Part shown: one piece after another, positions 15,451 to 29,808 of the stretch
Layout of the letters: every line of letters starts with the position of its first letter
Position numbering within the stretch: the stretch's first letter is position 1
Assembly: GCA_044892525.1 (NCBI GenBank)
Contig: CM097885.1
Location: forward strand, 22,756,001 to 22,820,000
DNA: 64,000 nt
Direction: 5' to 3'
Source of the DNA: Schmidtea polychroa
Lineage: Eukaryota
Notes under the pieces: generated by a model
The model's input: only the letters and a program-made list of their open reading frames with translations
The model's database searches: none
Told to the model about the DNA's origin: nothing
Made by a program: the position numbers and the translations under genes

Positions 15451-16149
15451 CTATGAAAATAACACAATCAAAATTCGAAGACAAATAAATCCTTAGAAAC
15501 GCAAGTTATGAACCACTATTTAAAATGTTAGATTTAATTTTTTCAAAAAATTGAAATGTTGAAATGAAGGAGGTTACTGACAATTCGTCGTCCTTGGAAC
15601 TCTAGATGACTGACTTTACCATAGGTCTCGGTGCCCAAGGGTATTTTTTGTGGTTTTTTTTGAAAAACAATTTTTAATGAACTGATTTATTTGTAAACCA
15701 CTGAAAACAGAAAAGCGACACAAACAATTATTAAAATAATAAATTGCTGACCAATAAATAGGAAACGAATGGCAGAAAGACAGAGTAGAGATTTATGGAA
15801 ATTTTTGATTCAAAATTGGAACCAAATATTGCTAAATTACAACAGGAAGGACAACCAATGCTAGCTATCATTAGTTATTAAAGGGGGATTTTATTTTTTG
15901 AAAAAAAATTATTTACTTTTTATTACATATATCAGTACAGCAATACAACAAGTTGTTTGTTTGGCTGTTTTGGAAATTCTTTTGTAAATAATTCTTCATC
16001 AGATTTGAATTTTATTAAAATAGGAATTATTTAAATTTTAAAAATCCCTACGTAGACATTTGTCAATAGCCTTGGGTTTTTACCATAATTTTAATCACAT
16101 TAACATATAAAGTTTTTTTTTTAATTTAAATATATTTTAATATTATAAT

Positions 16150-17250
16150 GTAACAAAAATTGACTACTAATGCATTGTTCAAGTTATTTATTGCTAATCT
16201 TAAATCCTTTGCCTAAGAGAACTTCATCAGTTGAACTACCATTTTCAAGGTCAGATCTAATATCTGGATCTTCTGTGTCAAATATTATAACAATCGGTTT
16301 GAAATATGGATGAAAAACATAAATTGCTTCTCTCATTAAATTAGATACTTTAATATTTTAAGATGTTGTTAATCGAAAAATTCTGCCTTGAAATCCAAAA
16401 GTTTACAATTATTTGAAATAGAGAGTGGCATGAAAAAAACAATATAGAAAATATTTACAAACACCATATAAAGCCCATTGACGGTTGCCCTCCTCTCCAT
16501 TTGGAACATTATTTTCTAAATAATTTGAACAAATGTTTCTGACATTTGTAACAATAAATGTATACCAACATAAATCACATATAATATGTTATTGGTATTG
16601 TTTTATTAAATATCATTTCATTTTGACGGATATTGTTGACCAGGATGTCAGATTATGAACTTGTAAACATTTCACCTGATAGATTAAGTGCCTATATTAA
16701 TTTGTCCCTTAAAAGCAGTCAAATTCTAGGACAAATGAATAGAGAAAATTATTTCACTTTAACTAGAATTTTGCTCATTTGTTTTAAATTCATTACGGAG
16801 AATCTGATAGACATGATCAAATTATATTTTTTAATTCGTTTATAAGTGACAGCTTCATTTCATTACGGTTCTGGAGGAAAGGTTGCTCCAAATCAGAAAA
16901 ACTAGTTACCCAGAGAAATTTCTGTAAGTTTTTAATGATTTGAAAGAAATTTTAATAACTCTTTTGCTAAAGAGTAAATTTTCCTCTCGACAAATAAGAC
17001 CTTCACCGATAATTCTGATGGACTTTGATATATAATGAACATTACACATATATATTGTCTCACTGTGAAAGTTTTAGATCTGACAATGCTTTTTCACTAC
17101 TTTTCGGCAATCTACAATAATGTTTAGCTTACCTCATTTTTTGGTTTTAACATGTTCTTGCAAAATCCAATTTCTTAGTGAAGCCATTCTTAAAATTTTC
17201 ACAATTTCGCTAGTTTTACACCTTTTATTTTATTCCTATTTAGTCTTTCG
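16150..17250 (-). pseudogene. Heavily decayed Charlie/Buster-type hAT transposase
   Basis: Minus-strand fragments IIGEGLI and NEAVTYKRI resemble HTIGE.LI and LSN.TV.RRI; many stops; ends approximate. Confidence 0.4.
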
Positions 17251-17416
17251 GAATTTATAATTTAAGAATACTATTGGTAAATTTCTTGCAACTATATAGC
17301 ATATATTTTCAAATTAGCGTTTGAAAATATTTATTTTTTATTCAGACTTGCTAGCGGCCTGTGCCTAATTACAGAAGTATTTTTTAAGGAATTCAATTAT
17401 TTACATTATAATTTTT

Positions 17417-17495
<79 letters not shown>

Positions 17496-17497
<2 letters not shown>

Positions 17498-18253
17498 TAA
17501 AGTGATGATTTCTTGGTAGCAGCATTTATTATTTAAAACAATAAAATGATAATTTAAGCCTTTTGCTGCAAATAATGTATTTAATGAAAAAATTTTCGAC
17601 TATAAGATAGGACTTGCCAATCTCCTTCTTTAACAATCTTCTTCCCGAAAATACATTTCTATCTTTCTTTTATTTCCTTTTTCTTAATTCTCATTGGTTA
17701 TAAATATAATATATACTTTCTTTTTATGAATTTTTTTATTAAAAATTTCATTTAAAATTCAAAATGACACAAATTAAAATTTTTTAAATTTATATAAAGC
17801 TTCTTGAATTAGCTTCTAGAAGCCTAATAAAATATTTCAAAATATTTTAAAATAAAGCTTCCAATAACTATTTATATACGCTATTTAAATATTTCAATAA
17901 ATGTGTCAATTTTGATTTTTAAATCCTATCTTTTGAAAGTATATTTCCTAAAATTTTCTATATTATTTTAATTATTAGTTTTTAATTTATTATATTCTTT
18001 ATATATTTTCAGTTATTCTCAAGGTCAATGACAACAGATCAAATTAAAAGTTTTTAAAAATTTAAAAATTAAAAAAAATTTAGTTAGAAATGCATTTTCG
18101 GGAAGAAGATTGCTAAATTCCAAGAGATTGAAAAGGACTATTTTAGAGTCGAAAATCTTTTCATTAAATACAATATTTTATCACTTATCACTTAAATTAT
18201 CACTTTATTGTTTTAAATAATAAATGCTGCTACCAAGATATCATCACTTTATA
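17496..18253. mobile_element. Fold-back MITE with long imperfect TIRs, embedded in (AAT)n
   Basis: tataaagtgatgatttcttggtagcagcatttattatttaaaacaataaa is inverted at 18193-18253; further internal inverted similarity. Confidence 0.8.
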
Positions 18254-18270
18254 ATAATAATAATAATAAT

Positions 18271-18676
18271 CAGTGCTCGAAGTGGAACAAAATATGTGCC
18301 GGGATAGGCATGCTGTGGCACCCGGGATTCCAGGCTTTTATGCAGAAATTTTCAGTTGGGGGTGTTGCAGAACAATTTTTTTTGGGGGGGGTGTCCACCC
18401 ATTTAATCATAGGTTTCAGAATATACCTACCTATCCATTACTGCTGCTTGGGAAATTCTTAATTGAATAGAGAATAGAGAATAAAGAATATATATATACA
18501 TACATATATGGATGTACTATGTGTGACCTTAATTGCAGTATTTGTGTGCCTATAAAATGAAATAAGTACCGGGATAAACCTATAGATTATATGAAATGAA
18601 GTGCCGGGATGCAATTCCGCCTACATAATCAATGCCGGGATAATATCCCGGCTATCCCGCCTCACTTCGAGCACTG
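18271..18676. mobile_element. hAT-type MITE inserted into an (AAT)n tract
   Basis: 14-bp TIR cagtgctcgaagtg / cacttcgagcactg; ataataat on both flanks. Confidence 0.85.
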
Positions 18677-18730
<54 letters not shown>

Positions 18731-19074
18731 GAAAACTCCCAAATATAACTCATACCTAGTGTTTCGACAAGTCAGGGGGGGAAGGACATTTACCTCTGAC
18801 TGGCAGTTTGTTTGTTGAATGTTCTCGCGTCTGTGTGCAGAATTATGGTAATATGGATGTGCGCACACAGACGCGAGCAATAGGTTTCTATTTTTTTTGC
18901 ATTGTGAGTTTAATATTAATTAGATTTAGAAAATTGAATTTAATTCTAGTAATTGATTGGTGTTCGAAAAGGTTTTAAACGGATATTTATGCGGAAATAT
19001 TGAATTCTAAGTTTTGTTGGGTTAAATGAATTGATTTGAACTCGATTGGAATTTTTTGTGATCTGGAGTGAAAT

Positions 19075-19683
19075 ATGGAAGATAATGAATGTTTGATATG
19101 TCGTATTTCAATGAGCAATATAGCGAAGGTAATATTTGAAAGTTGTAGACATGCGTTTTGTATCTGTTACGCGAAGAGATGTTTTTTCAGAAGTGAAACT
19201 TGTCCATGTGATTGTGGCTCAACAAGATCGTTGCAAATTATTAATGGAAGTTTATCAAAACGATTGGAAATCAACGATTTTATTTCTGTAAATCATGAAA
19301 TGACAGAAGAGGAACTCCAAGATATTTTTATGAAATTTCCCCAAAAACTTAAAAATATTCGTAAATTATCTGAAACCAATTATGACATTGTGGATAAAAA
19401 GATAAACTTGCTAACTTATGAATATGATATTCTATTTAATCGAGCTCTTAAAAAGATCAACACAACTCAAATGTTTATTAGCCAAAGTGTTGAACAATTA
19501 TCCAATGTTTCAAATTCAATCATGGCTCAATCTCAAGTTATTGGACACGTTAAATGGTTTAACAAACAATGGCTTTGCACAAATAAAGCGTGTGATGCGA
19601 TTAATTACAAAGAAACTCTTCTGATTTGTCTTAGACGAAAACAACTAGAAAAACTAATAATAATTGAATACGATATCAAGTGA
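19075..19683 (+). CDS. Intronless protein with N-terminal degenerate RING-like zinc finger and a coiled-coil-like region
   Basis: 202-aa ORF; CLIC-x13-CRHAFCIC...CPCDC pattern; unusually long ORF for this base composition. Confidence 0.6.
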   Translation: MEDNECLICRISMSNIAKVIFESCRHAFCICYAKRCFFRSETCPCDCGSTRSLQIINGSLSKRLEINDFISVNHEMTEEELQDIFMKFPQKLKNIRKLSETNYDIVDKKINLLTYEYDILFNRALKKINTTQMFISQSVEQLSNVSNSIMAQSQVIGHVKWFNKQWLCTNKACDAINYKETLLICLRRKQLEKLIIIEYDIK

Positions 19684-21179
19684 TTTGAAATTATATTAAA
19701 TTATTTGAATTTCTCACTTTTTCCATGTAATAATGAGAAATAAAATGCCGAAAAGTACATATCCAATGTTTGAAATAATATTATTAAAAGCTGGGAAAAT
19801 GAAAAGTGATCGGAGGCATCGGAAATTATAAAAGCAAACATCTTGATTTCCATTGGTTATAAAATTCTATAAATTGAATTGATTATTCAAAGGTGTCAAC
19901 CATTGAGTACCTTATGGAAGTTTATTATCATTTGTATAACAGAAGGAATATGAAACATGGATATGACAATTAGGTACCTATAACATATGAAAATATAGTT
20001 GAAATAAAATAAAACCCATTTCACCAGATGTACATACAAAACTCTGATTCCTTTTGAATTGGGTTCGTCTTGGATAAATCCGAAAGATAAATTACTTTCT
20101 AAAATAGAAAATTAAAGAAAAGAACTCCCGAGTAGGATAAATAATGAATTAAATTAATAAATTAAATCAACTAAAAGGCTGGGGTAGAATTTTGCACACA
20201 TCTCAAACTTATTTTGGTAATGAAAATATACCAAAAATATTATTAATTTCAATAATAAATTTAAAATTATGTCTGAACGGACGGGGAAATAATTTAAAGA
20301 AAGTTCGAATTTTATTAAAATAATCTTTTATATAAATAATTAAACAAACACTGGAACGGTTTAATTATAAAAAAGTGCCACTCAAACATTCGTTTTATCA
20401 AATATTTCGACAGATTTTCTATTATTATCAATTAGGATGTTTAATTGGCACTTTCAGATAGTCTTTTATAAATTGATATTGTATTTATTAAAAAACTTGA
20501 CTATGAATCAGTAAATATTTCGATGTTTTTTTTGATATTCACAAATTTTTGACACTGCCTTTTTTAAGTGACATTTTAAAGTGATATAATAATTAATCTA
20601 GTTATAACCTGTCAAAATGACGCATTTTCCATGTTCAAATTTCCATTTCAAAAGTATTGGTATAAAACTTGTAAGTGACTCCATTCAGAAAAGTAACAAA
20701 ATTAATGAGTTTTGAAAAAATTTAATAATTATATATAAAATTAATGTAAGCGATGAGATACTTCAAGATTTAATGATTAAATTTGACGGAAATTTCATGA
20801 AAAAATAAAAGAAATATAATAAAAACAAATATTGCTTGAGGCAAGGTTCTGGTGTTCATTTAGACCATTTAATACAGCCGCGCAAAGGCCAATATTTCAA
20901 ATTCCTAACGCAGAAACGATGTTAAACACTTTGTATAGTTCAGGGTTCTTCATAAGGGTTGATTTGTGTAATGTTTAAAAACAGCATATTACACTAAGAA
21001 TAAACATTACCATTTCAATCGGATATCCGGTAAGAAACTAGATAGTGATAATTTAATCAGAATTTGAGGAAGATCACACAATATTATAAATAATTTTTTG
21101 GGAAAATAATAAAAATAATAAAAAACATTATTTCCAATCAGATTGTTTTTAAAAAAACTGAACAAAAAATTTCAGAGCA

Positions 21180-21592
21180 GTGCAAAGATGAAACAAAGTC
21201 AGAATTCTTATGAAGCTGGATTTAAATTACGAGTGGTGGCATTCGCTGAGATAAATGATAACTGAAAAGCTGCCAGAGAAAATAAGGTCAATAAGAATCT
21301 TGTTCGAGACTAGCGAAAAAAGAACATGGAGTTTACTAAAATACCAAAAACTTAACGTGTAAGATGAGACGTTGCATCATTTGTTGATTTAGAAAATGAG
21401 CATTATGAGTGGGTTTTGGAGAGGCAGCGGAAAACACATGGATATGTTTTTTTTGAAGATATCAACATTCTTTGCAATAACTATCTTAAATTTCTTTTAC
21501 TTTTCTTATTTCGACTTATACGCGAGTTTCCAATTTATGATAAAAAAATAACTCAAAAATGTCACTTCGACTTATACGCGAGTAGATACGGT
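21180..21592 (+). mobile_element. pogo-family remnant (Brinker-type DBD fragment plus TIR)
   Basis: SYEAGFKLRVVAFAE...AAR...V..NLVRD.RK; terminus cgacttatacgcgagtagatacggta. Confidence 0.65.
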
Positions 21593-22289
21593 AATCTTCA
21601 CGATGACTCCAAAATTGAAATCATATGTATTGTAATTTGTTAGATCGAGAATTTGTTGTTCCATTAGACAAAGAAAATATTTTAAATTTCATTGTTATTC
21701 AAGCAAATTGTTTATCGATTTTTTACCATTTAAATAATATTTTAATTTTAATATAAAAGTAAATATTTGTATAGTCAATTTTATATCATAAATAAAGTGA
21801 GAATTTATATATGATATAAAAGTTCTAGTATTTTTGTTGAATCTGAGACTATTATGTAATAATGAATATGCAATATGAGACATGATTCAGATATTCAATA
21901 ACATACACTTACATCAAATCATTCATAATGATTATCATACACTTATTATTAGATTAATTATATAATAAAAGACACCTTTCAGATCTTTTAGAGTTAAAAC
22001 AAAATGACAAAGCAATTTCGACCGGCCTAATAGCAAAGAATTTCAACAAATAATACACATAGATATATTAAAAATTTCCATCTAAAACAGTATTTAATGC
22101 ATTTTCAGCCATACTTAAAGTTTGCAGCTTTTATAGTAGAAGGTAGTGTCCCATCTACATCAACCCCCCCCCCCCCCCCTCTGGAAAATATCTAAGTCGA
22201 CTCAGAATTTTATATTGGTAACGAAAATATATGGTGTTTATATATAAAAGATGCTTAGTTTCCAGTGAAATAAGCTCCAAAGTCTCTAA

Positions 22290-23150
22290 GTTAAAAAAAA
22301 AATCCTTCATTATCTAATTTTAATTTAAATTTATAATCTTCATGTTGTAATGGAAAAGACGTGGACGAACCCAAAAGACGAAGCAGGTTTTAGTGGAATC
22401 GAAAAGTTAAAGAAAAGAGTTCTGAATTCAAATGCAGAAACCCACGTACAGTTTGAAAAGCCGATGCTGAAAAGATTTCCAACAAGAGATTATAAAAATT
22501 TGGTATTGCTGATTTATGGCAAATGTATTTGATGGAAATGATACCATATTCAAAGATTAATAAATGATTCAAGTATATTTTGACATGTATTGATGTTTTC
22601 AGTCGTTTTTCTCGAGCAATTCCTACCAAAGCTAAGTCTGCCGAGAAAATATCCAAAGCAATTAAATTCATTATTTTTCTTTTGGAAAGGAATAAACTCA
22701 AAATCAATCATTACTCTGTGCTATCTCAATTCAAAGTCCCTTCAAAATGGCCACAAACAAGTCAATCGTTCTTGGAGTAAATGGTAAATTTATTTTTATT
22801 TTTATTACTTACTTTATTATCATTTAAAAACCTGTCAAGTTAATTCCGAGCAATTTCGAGGCACTTAAATTGATCATCAAGGAAATGGTAAATTTTATTA
22901 TTTTAATTAATTTTAATAATATTATTTTAGATCTTTTTATCGGAGATTGATACGATATCAAGGAGAATGAAGATCTCTTGGATATTTCTAGAATTTTCAA
23001 AAATGGTAAATTATTTTAATTTATTTATATTTTAAAATATGGATTTTTTAGATTTAATTAATCAAGACTTAAATTATGCCCTCACAACTAAGATGAACCC
23101 GAAGATTCTAATAAAAAAAGTGTCGAAAGGGCATCTGATAAATTATCAAC
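22290..23150 (+). mobile_element. Decayed, internally deleted Polinton fragment (integrase 5' part joined to the spliced acidic gene)
   Basis: MEKTWTNPKDEAGFSGIEKLKKRV and TCIDVFSRFSRAIP match the integrase at 45687; followed by exon D*YDIKENEDLLDI, homologous to DWYDVSENEELLDL at 41160. Confidence 0.85.
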
Positions 23151-24823
23151 AACTTATTTTAATATTTTGTAAACAAAAATTATTAAATTTTTAAAATTTA
23201 AAAGGAATTTTTAAAAGTTTTTTAAATATTAAATTTAATAAGAAAATACTTTCTCGTTTTCTGGATTACTGTTCACAACATCTCCTTTAAAACTAACTTA
23301 TATTTTTTATAAGAAATCAAATATCTCACTTTTTCTGGAAATATCTGAATGGGAATTAACCGATGAAAAGTCCGACAATTTTCTGAATCCTACTGGAATT
23401 TCTATAGATTTTCTAAAAAATATTAATATTGACTACCGTCAATTTTATTTATCAATGCTTTAAATTTAAATAGTTTTTATCTTGACGTAGAGATTTTTAT
23501 TCTTATTCATCTGACCTTGGACGATAAATAAATCTTTCAAGCTACCAAGAACATGCAAGCCTCAGATAAAATCGCCACATCTTTTTTTAATGTATTTTCT
23601 AAAATCTAAAATTATTTTAACCGTGACATGTATTCTCGAGATTTGATCTATTTAAACGAGTTACCACTAGTTGGGAGTTAAAATCTCACGGAGTTTAGGA
23701 ATCTGAATTATTACTTAATTTTTCCAAAATTCTTGATACAAAATTTTCTGAAATAATTTATTTTTCCTCTACTTTATTGAAATTTGTAATATAGTTTTCA
23801 TTCGTTTTCTTTCATTTTCTTTTATTTCCTTCAATATTACGACAGGGGAAAATTCATTTCTAACACAATTTCCTTGTTTTCTTTGACTACAACAATTATC
23901 TCACTTTCTACTTTTCCTTCTTACATTTATCTTTAAGTATTTTGGAATTATTTCGAAAAAATGTGAGTCATATATTTTAAATTATAATTAAATAAATAAA
24001 TCAATCACCAAAAATATGTATTTTTCTAAAACATTTTGGGAAAAATCGCCGAATATGAATAAAATGATTTTTTTAATTTTTGTAATTTTTTTTCTGAGGG
24101 GCTTCTTTCAGGAAATCAAATCTGGACTGAAAAGACATTGAATCAAATTAATCTGCTCTTGATAATTTCATTAAAAATATATTTTAAAAAGTTTTCAGCG
24201 ATATTTTTTTTTCTAAAAATTGTCTAAAATAAAGTTATTATAGAAACGTATCTCAGCGGTGCATTTCTATGAATAAAAAATTTGTATGTGTTTTTAAGTA
24301 TATGTCTTGCTAGTGTGCAATTTTTAATTTTTCTTCCACTTTTTAGATTTCTATAGCATAAGATGTATCTCACTACATTATAAATGAGAACATCAGCATG
24401 AAATCAAAGTAAGTATGCATGTTTCTATAATGTAATATTATTGATTTTTTACTTATATTATATGAAACGGTTCTCAGCGGTTTTTGGTAAACACTTACTT
24501 CATTTAACACTAAAATATACATTATTATTCTAACATCAACATAAAATTCTTCAACACATATATTTTAATTAACTTTAATTAACTTTTCATTATGAAAAGA
24601 TCAAAAATTGAATATTCTATGTAACACGCATTTTCGGCACAGACTTTATCAAGGCCTATGTTAAAATTTCCAAAATTTTCATGCATGGCAATGTAAATTT
24701 TGGAAAAAGGTAAATAAATTTGATAATATTGTATAATAAATAATGTTGTAATTATATATAATAGTAAAAATATAATAATATATGAACTAGTAAATAAATT
24801 GCGTTTTAATAATAGAGACTTAC

Positions 24824-24911
24824 ATAAATTGTCCTCCCAACATGATAAGGCAAGCAATAATGAAAAATGAGAGATAAAATCCAATAGGCAATAAAATAGG
24901 AAGAACATAAT
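24824..24911 (-). CDS. SID-1-like gene, exon encoding the first transmembrane helix
   Basis: AG/GT-bounded exon YVLPILLPIGFYLSFFIIACLIMLGGQF resembles SIDT TM1 (LGIFLSFY). Confidence 0.6.
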
Positions 24912-27049
24912 CTAGAATGTATTTAATTTGAAGATAATAAATAAAAATAAGATTACAATATTAATAGAAATTAGAATCTATAAGGCCGTCAAGTGACGGT
25001 CAGAGTTTTTGCAAAAATAATGCAAAATTATTTGTAACTTTAGTATATTTATTAAAAGACAATCATATACACCATTATTATGATTATAATCTATGGGACG
25101 AACACACAGAAAAACCTTGACATTTTATGTACTTATATTGTGACGTTACACATTTAAAATGAATAAATCGATGAGAAATAAGTTTATTTATACAATTTGT
25201 ATGATTTGTAATTGATTATTATAGATGACTCATTATTCGTGATGAAATTGGGTTCATTACTAAGTTTATTTTAGAAATGGCTTTCAAGTAAGATTTTTAA
25301 TTTTAAGTAAACTCAAAGGCTCAAATTTTGAATTTATATAATTATGGGTTCATAATTCAAGCTCTTAAATATTACTTTTTTACAACATAAATTATTTATA
25401 ATTAATTTTTGCAGGATTTTAAAGTATTTAATTCGATACAATGTAATTCTACTATTTTTAAAGTAATTAATTAACAAATATAATTTATTAATCGTCATAG
25501 ATATCAACTTTTTACAAAATTTAAAGAGAAATTCTATAAAAATATTAATTTTTAAATTTATGTTAATAAAATTTAAGATTTTCTAGGTTTTCCCCAATAC
25601 CAACATTGGACAGCGAAGTTTATAAAGATATTTCAGGAAAATGTGGAATACAAAAAAAATATTAAATTTATTAAAAATTAAAGATAAATTTTACGAAATT
25701 ATGTCATCATCATTTTCTGTATAAAATGCGTTTATTCTTTGCAACTCTAAAGCTCAACACACAGGTAAGTTTGTGTGTTTATATAATATAAACATATTTA
25801 TCTTTTAACATTATAGATGCGTCTATAAGTGAATCTTACATTACTCCAACATTTAATAATAAATTAATTTTATCAATTTACTGTGTCGGTTTTGGTCATT
25901 AGTTACAATAGGGTATTCAGCTTTAATAATGAACGAGTTTTCATTACTTTAGGTTTAGGTTAAAAAGTACTGGATCTAATTCCTATATATTTTCCCAATA
26001 AATAGGTTACAACAAGGAATTTATTTTAGCATGTGTCTTTTTATTGATGAATCTTATTCTTATCAATTAGTGTATGGTACAAAGAGTGGCTAACAAGTAA
26101 TGGATAAAGTTGGCTTGCAGTAATAGTCACTCTAAAGTTTATTCCTAAGAAGTAAATATGTAAGTCTATTTTAGCGGCAAAAGAAAAGAGACTAGATGTA
26201 GGTAGTAAACTTTAATTGGGTTAATAAACAAGTAATAAAATAGTCTCAAAATAAATATTGTTAATATGTTAAATAATTAGTAGATGTCAATTCATTCCGG
26301 AATTTTTATCCTCTTAAAATACAGGCGAAACGTCCTTTATTTTTTGACATGAATATCAATGACTAGATAATTTACCATCCTAAGATAGAGAAAAATAAAT
26401 TACGAAAAAAATATTTTAAAATTTTATTAAAATTAATTAAAAAATCTGTATTTCAGCATTTAATTTTTAGTCATATTCAATTAATATAAGAACTTTTTTC
26501 AAATTTCACCACTGATTTCTTTTCAATTGACATTGTATTTATTAAAAAGCTTGACATCAATCAGTAAATATATCAAAAAAACATCGATATTTTTACTGAT
26601 TCATAGTCAAGCTTTTTAATAAATATAATATTCAATTAAACTTTTATTTAATTTAAAAATAATTATCTATTGAAAATGTATAAATTATTGTAAATTATAA
26701 ATAATGAGATATAATCAATTACACTTTAAAAATATAAAAAAATTTAATATAAAAATTCTTATTACAAAAAGCACATTAGTATTTTTTGAAATTCAAATTA
26801 ATTTCTAAAATTTCATATTAATTAATATAATTAATGCAAAAACTAATTATTAAAACAAATCCATCAATCGGTAGAGAAAAGTTAATTTTTAGATAACATT
26901 GAAACTAAAATAAGATTAAAATTAAAATTTATCGTAACATTTATTTCTAAATATTTTAATATAATATTAATGAATCACAGATATATCTAATAAATTATTT
27001 ATCTTAATGGGAAGCGTTTGAGTCATAGCTATATAAATTTTCATTTTCA

Positions 27050-27620
27050 TTTCTGTAAAATAATAGTGGATTTTCGAACAGAGAATAAATCTTTTAGTTC
27101 CAACTCAACGACGTAAGACCTTAGCATGTAACAGAAGAACCAGCTAAAAGTGGTATATGAGTGACCTACGTGGTAAATGTCAATTTTTGTATCCCAATGT
27201 TAGAACACAACATTTTTTCATCAACACATAATTCAGGAACTTGGTGAAGTACAAACTGACATCGTTCTTGTGTCACCAAATTTGTGAAAGTACAAATAAA
27301 GTATGGAATAGTATACGATGGCGGAAATATAATGACTTCAATAAAAGTAATAAATTAATTATTTTATTCTCCACAACAATTTGTTGGCATAATGGAATGT
27401 TGAATTAAAAATATTTTACCCGTTTTCAGTTCCGTAATAACAAAATTGAAATGCTTCATTCTTGGCCAAGGTTCTTATAAACTGATCATTGCTATTATTA
27501 TTATCTCATAAATTTACTTGTGGATAATTTCTGATAATCGCCGCATCTTTCTGACTTGTCATTCAGCATAAATATGATAAAAATGCTATCGCTTGAAATA
27601 AATCTGCCCTTCTGAACATT
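27050..27620 (-). pseudogene. Possible piggyBac transposase remnant
   Basis: Minus-strand PELCVDEKM resembles the piggyBac catalytic xxDExM motif; otherwise decayed. Confidence 0.35.
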
Positions 27621-27675
27621 TGATTGTATTTATCATTAAATATAATTTTTATAAAAATAAATTAACTTTAATTAC

Positions 27676-27750
27676 AAGCGTCGCTTCTTTGGTCAATGTT
27701 TGTTGAATACTATAAGGCTTGACACGTTTGTAATCATCTTCAACTGGTTC
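27676..27750 (-). CDS. Candidate 75-nt exon (EPVEDDYKRVKPYSIQQTLTKEATL), possibly SID-1-like cytoplasmic loop
   Basis: Clean tag/gtaatt boundaries, open frame, phase 0-0. Confidence 0.4.
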
Positions 27751-28189
27751 CTATATATATATATATATAAATTATATTTTTTTATTTAGATAAAAGAAAT
27801 TTTAAATTTTGTTTCCTTATGTTCAAGACCGGATTATCTCATAATCACAATGACACTGGGCCTAGGCAAAGGCGCTGGCAGAATTTTTTGAAAGTTGGTG
27901 CAAAATAAAACAAGGTCTATGGGAAGAGAACTATGTCAAATCTTTTTAGTCCTTTCAACATATTTTAGAGAAAATCGGAGCTCTATGAGACCCAAATTAT
28001 AACTAATTCACTATTTTGGTGTTCAATTTCTAACATAGACTGCAGTCTAATGACCTACAGTAGTATTGTACTGTATAAAATTCAACACTAAGATTTTAAT
28101 ACTTCTAAATTTTTCATGTTGGAAGCATGTTTATTACACATGCTAACATTATTTAAAAACAAACGAACGCACGCACGCAAAATTTACAT

Positions 28190-28460
28190 TTATTAGATAA
28201 GGCTAAAAGATTTTATCCTGCAATTTTTCAAGTTAATAAAATTGGCCTCACTCTGCCCATTACAACATGTAAGGTGGAACACTCATTTAGCTCATTACGA
28301 AAAGTAAAGACATGGACAAGGGCAACCATGTCAGAAGAACGATTTTCAGGTTTATGCATGATGAGCTTAGAAAAAGAATTGATGGCAATGAAGAATTTGT
28401 TAACACTTCCATTTCAAAGTTTGCAGAGAAACCGAGAAGATTGCAATTTTTATTTTTAGA
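28190..28460 (+). pseudogene. hAT dimerisation-domain remnant
   Basis: LTLPITTCKVEHSFSSLRKVKTWTRATMSEERFSGLCMMS. Confidence 0.8.
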
Positions 28461-29556
28461 AAATGACAACAATAAATGACAGGTTTAATTTAAAAATCTT
28501 ATTCTGTTTTGCAAGAGTTATTTTATTATTTTGTTTTAGACTTATTTCTTTGATATTCATATTATATAAATGAATTTTTTAGAACGAAAGTTTGTTTAAA
28601 TGTGTCAATTAAAATTTCAAAAATTTTGTATTGTATTATTTAGAAAATGAACGGTGGTGCACTTGCAAAAACTTATCAAATATAATCAAAGTACGAGAAA
28701 AAAGTTGTACTGATATTAAAATAATTCAATGTGCAAAATAAATTTTATTTATTAATAAAAATCTTTAACTAATACTGGACGTAAAACTCGTAAAGTGAAA
28801 GTGCTTAGAACACACGAAGATGTTAATTCGGATCTAAGCATATGTGAATAAATAGAAGAGATTTTGTTACAAATAAATATTAAATTTTATTAAAATATTA
28901 CGTAAAACTTGAGAAATTTAATAAGCATTAAAATAAGATATGTATTTGTGATATAAAGCAATCTTGTTATTTCTCCAAACTTTGATCATTTTCTAAATAT
29001 GTTTTAAATTTTTGAATTTTTTGCAATAATTTTTCTTAAATGTCAGCAAATTTTGACACAAATTCTACCAAAATTCATGAATTAACTAATTTGTTTATTT
29101 AGAATAATTGGTGATGTGAAAACATAAGAAATTTCTTTGTAAACGTTTGTCATATCTTTTCTATATTGAATATGAGTTTCTTAATTATTGTCAAGAGCCT
29201 TTAATTATTGTCTAAGTGTATTTTATATATTTGATACACATTACACGTTTAATTAACACATGTTTATTTGGAGTGGCCACCTGGTAGCCATAAATCTCAT
29301 TTACTCCCATTTAGTATTTATTTAATTTTTATTGAATATTGATCCAATTTAGAAATATTTTTAAGGTTGACCTAGATTTTTTATATGAAATATCGCTGTC
29401 AAATTTGTTGGAATTTGGATGTAACTTAAAGCTATGTATAAGCACGCATACAAAGTTTAAAAAATATATAAATAAATAAATACAATGACAATGGAAAAAA
29501 AAATCAATGGTGAAATATGAAAAAAAAGTTCTTAAAATAAAAAAAAATAAACTTAC

Positions 29557-29808
29557 CTGTGTGCAAAAATTTAATGTTTCAAAACTTAAAAGTTATTGTT
29601 TTTTTTACATTATACAGATACATTGTGGAGATGCGTTTGTTCACTGCAAACAGGTGTACAGGAATTGAGAAAGTGGCATAAAAATAATTTTACATACAAA
29701 CACAGCACACATAGAAACTACATGGAAATTGTTTATAGCGTTTTTCGGACCGAAATGTAAAAGTAATTATCATATTGTTAACATAGATCGGACAACTCTA
29801 CTTTGAGC
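29557..29808 (-). pseudogene. Degenerate SID-1-like exon (loop plus TM2 region) with stops
   Basis: LKVELSDL...YFMPLSQFLYT...NASPQCIC resembles SIDT LYVADL...FYALPVVQLVIT..N..GNQDIC; bounded by cag / gtaagt; internal stops and frameshifts. Confidence 0.45.

Noticed and set aside
25520..25720. Diverged duplicate of ~55230-55410
   Set aside because: Real similarity, but a short AT-rich dispersed repeat with no definable ends or function
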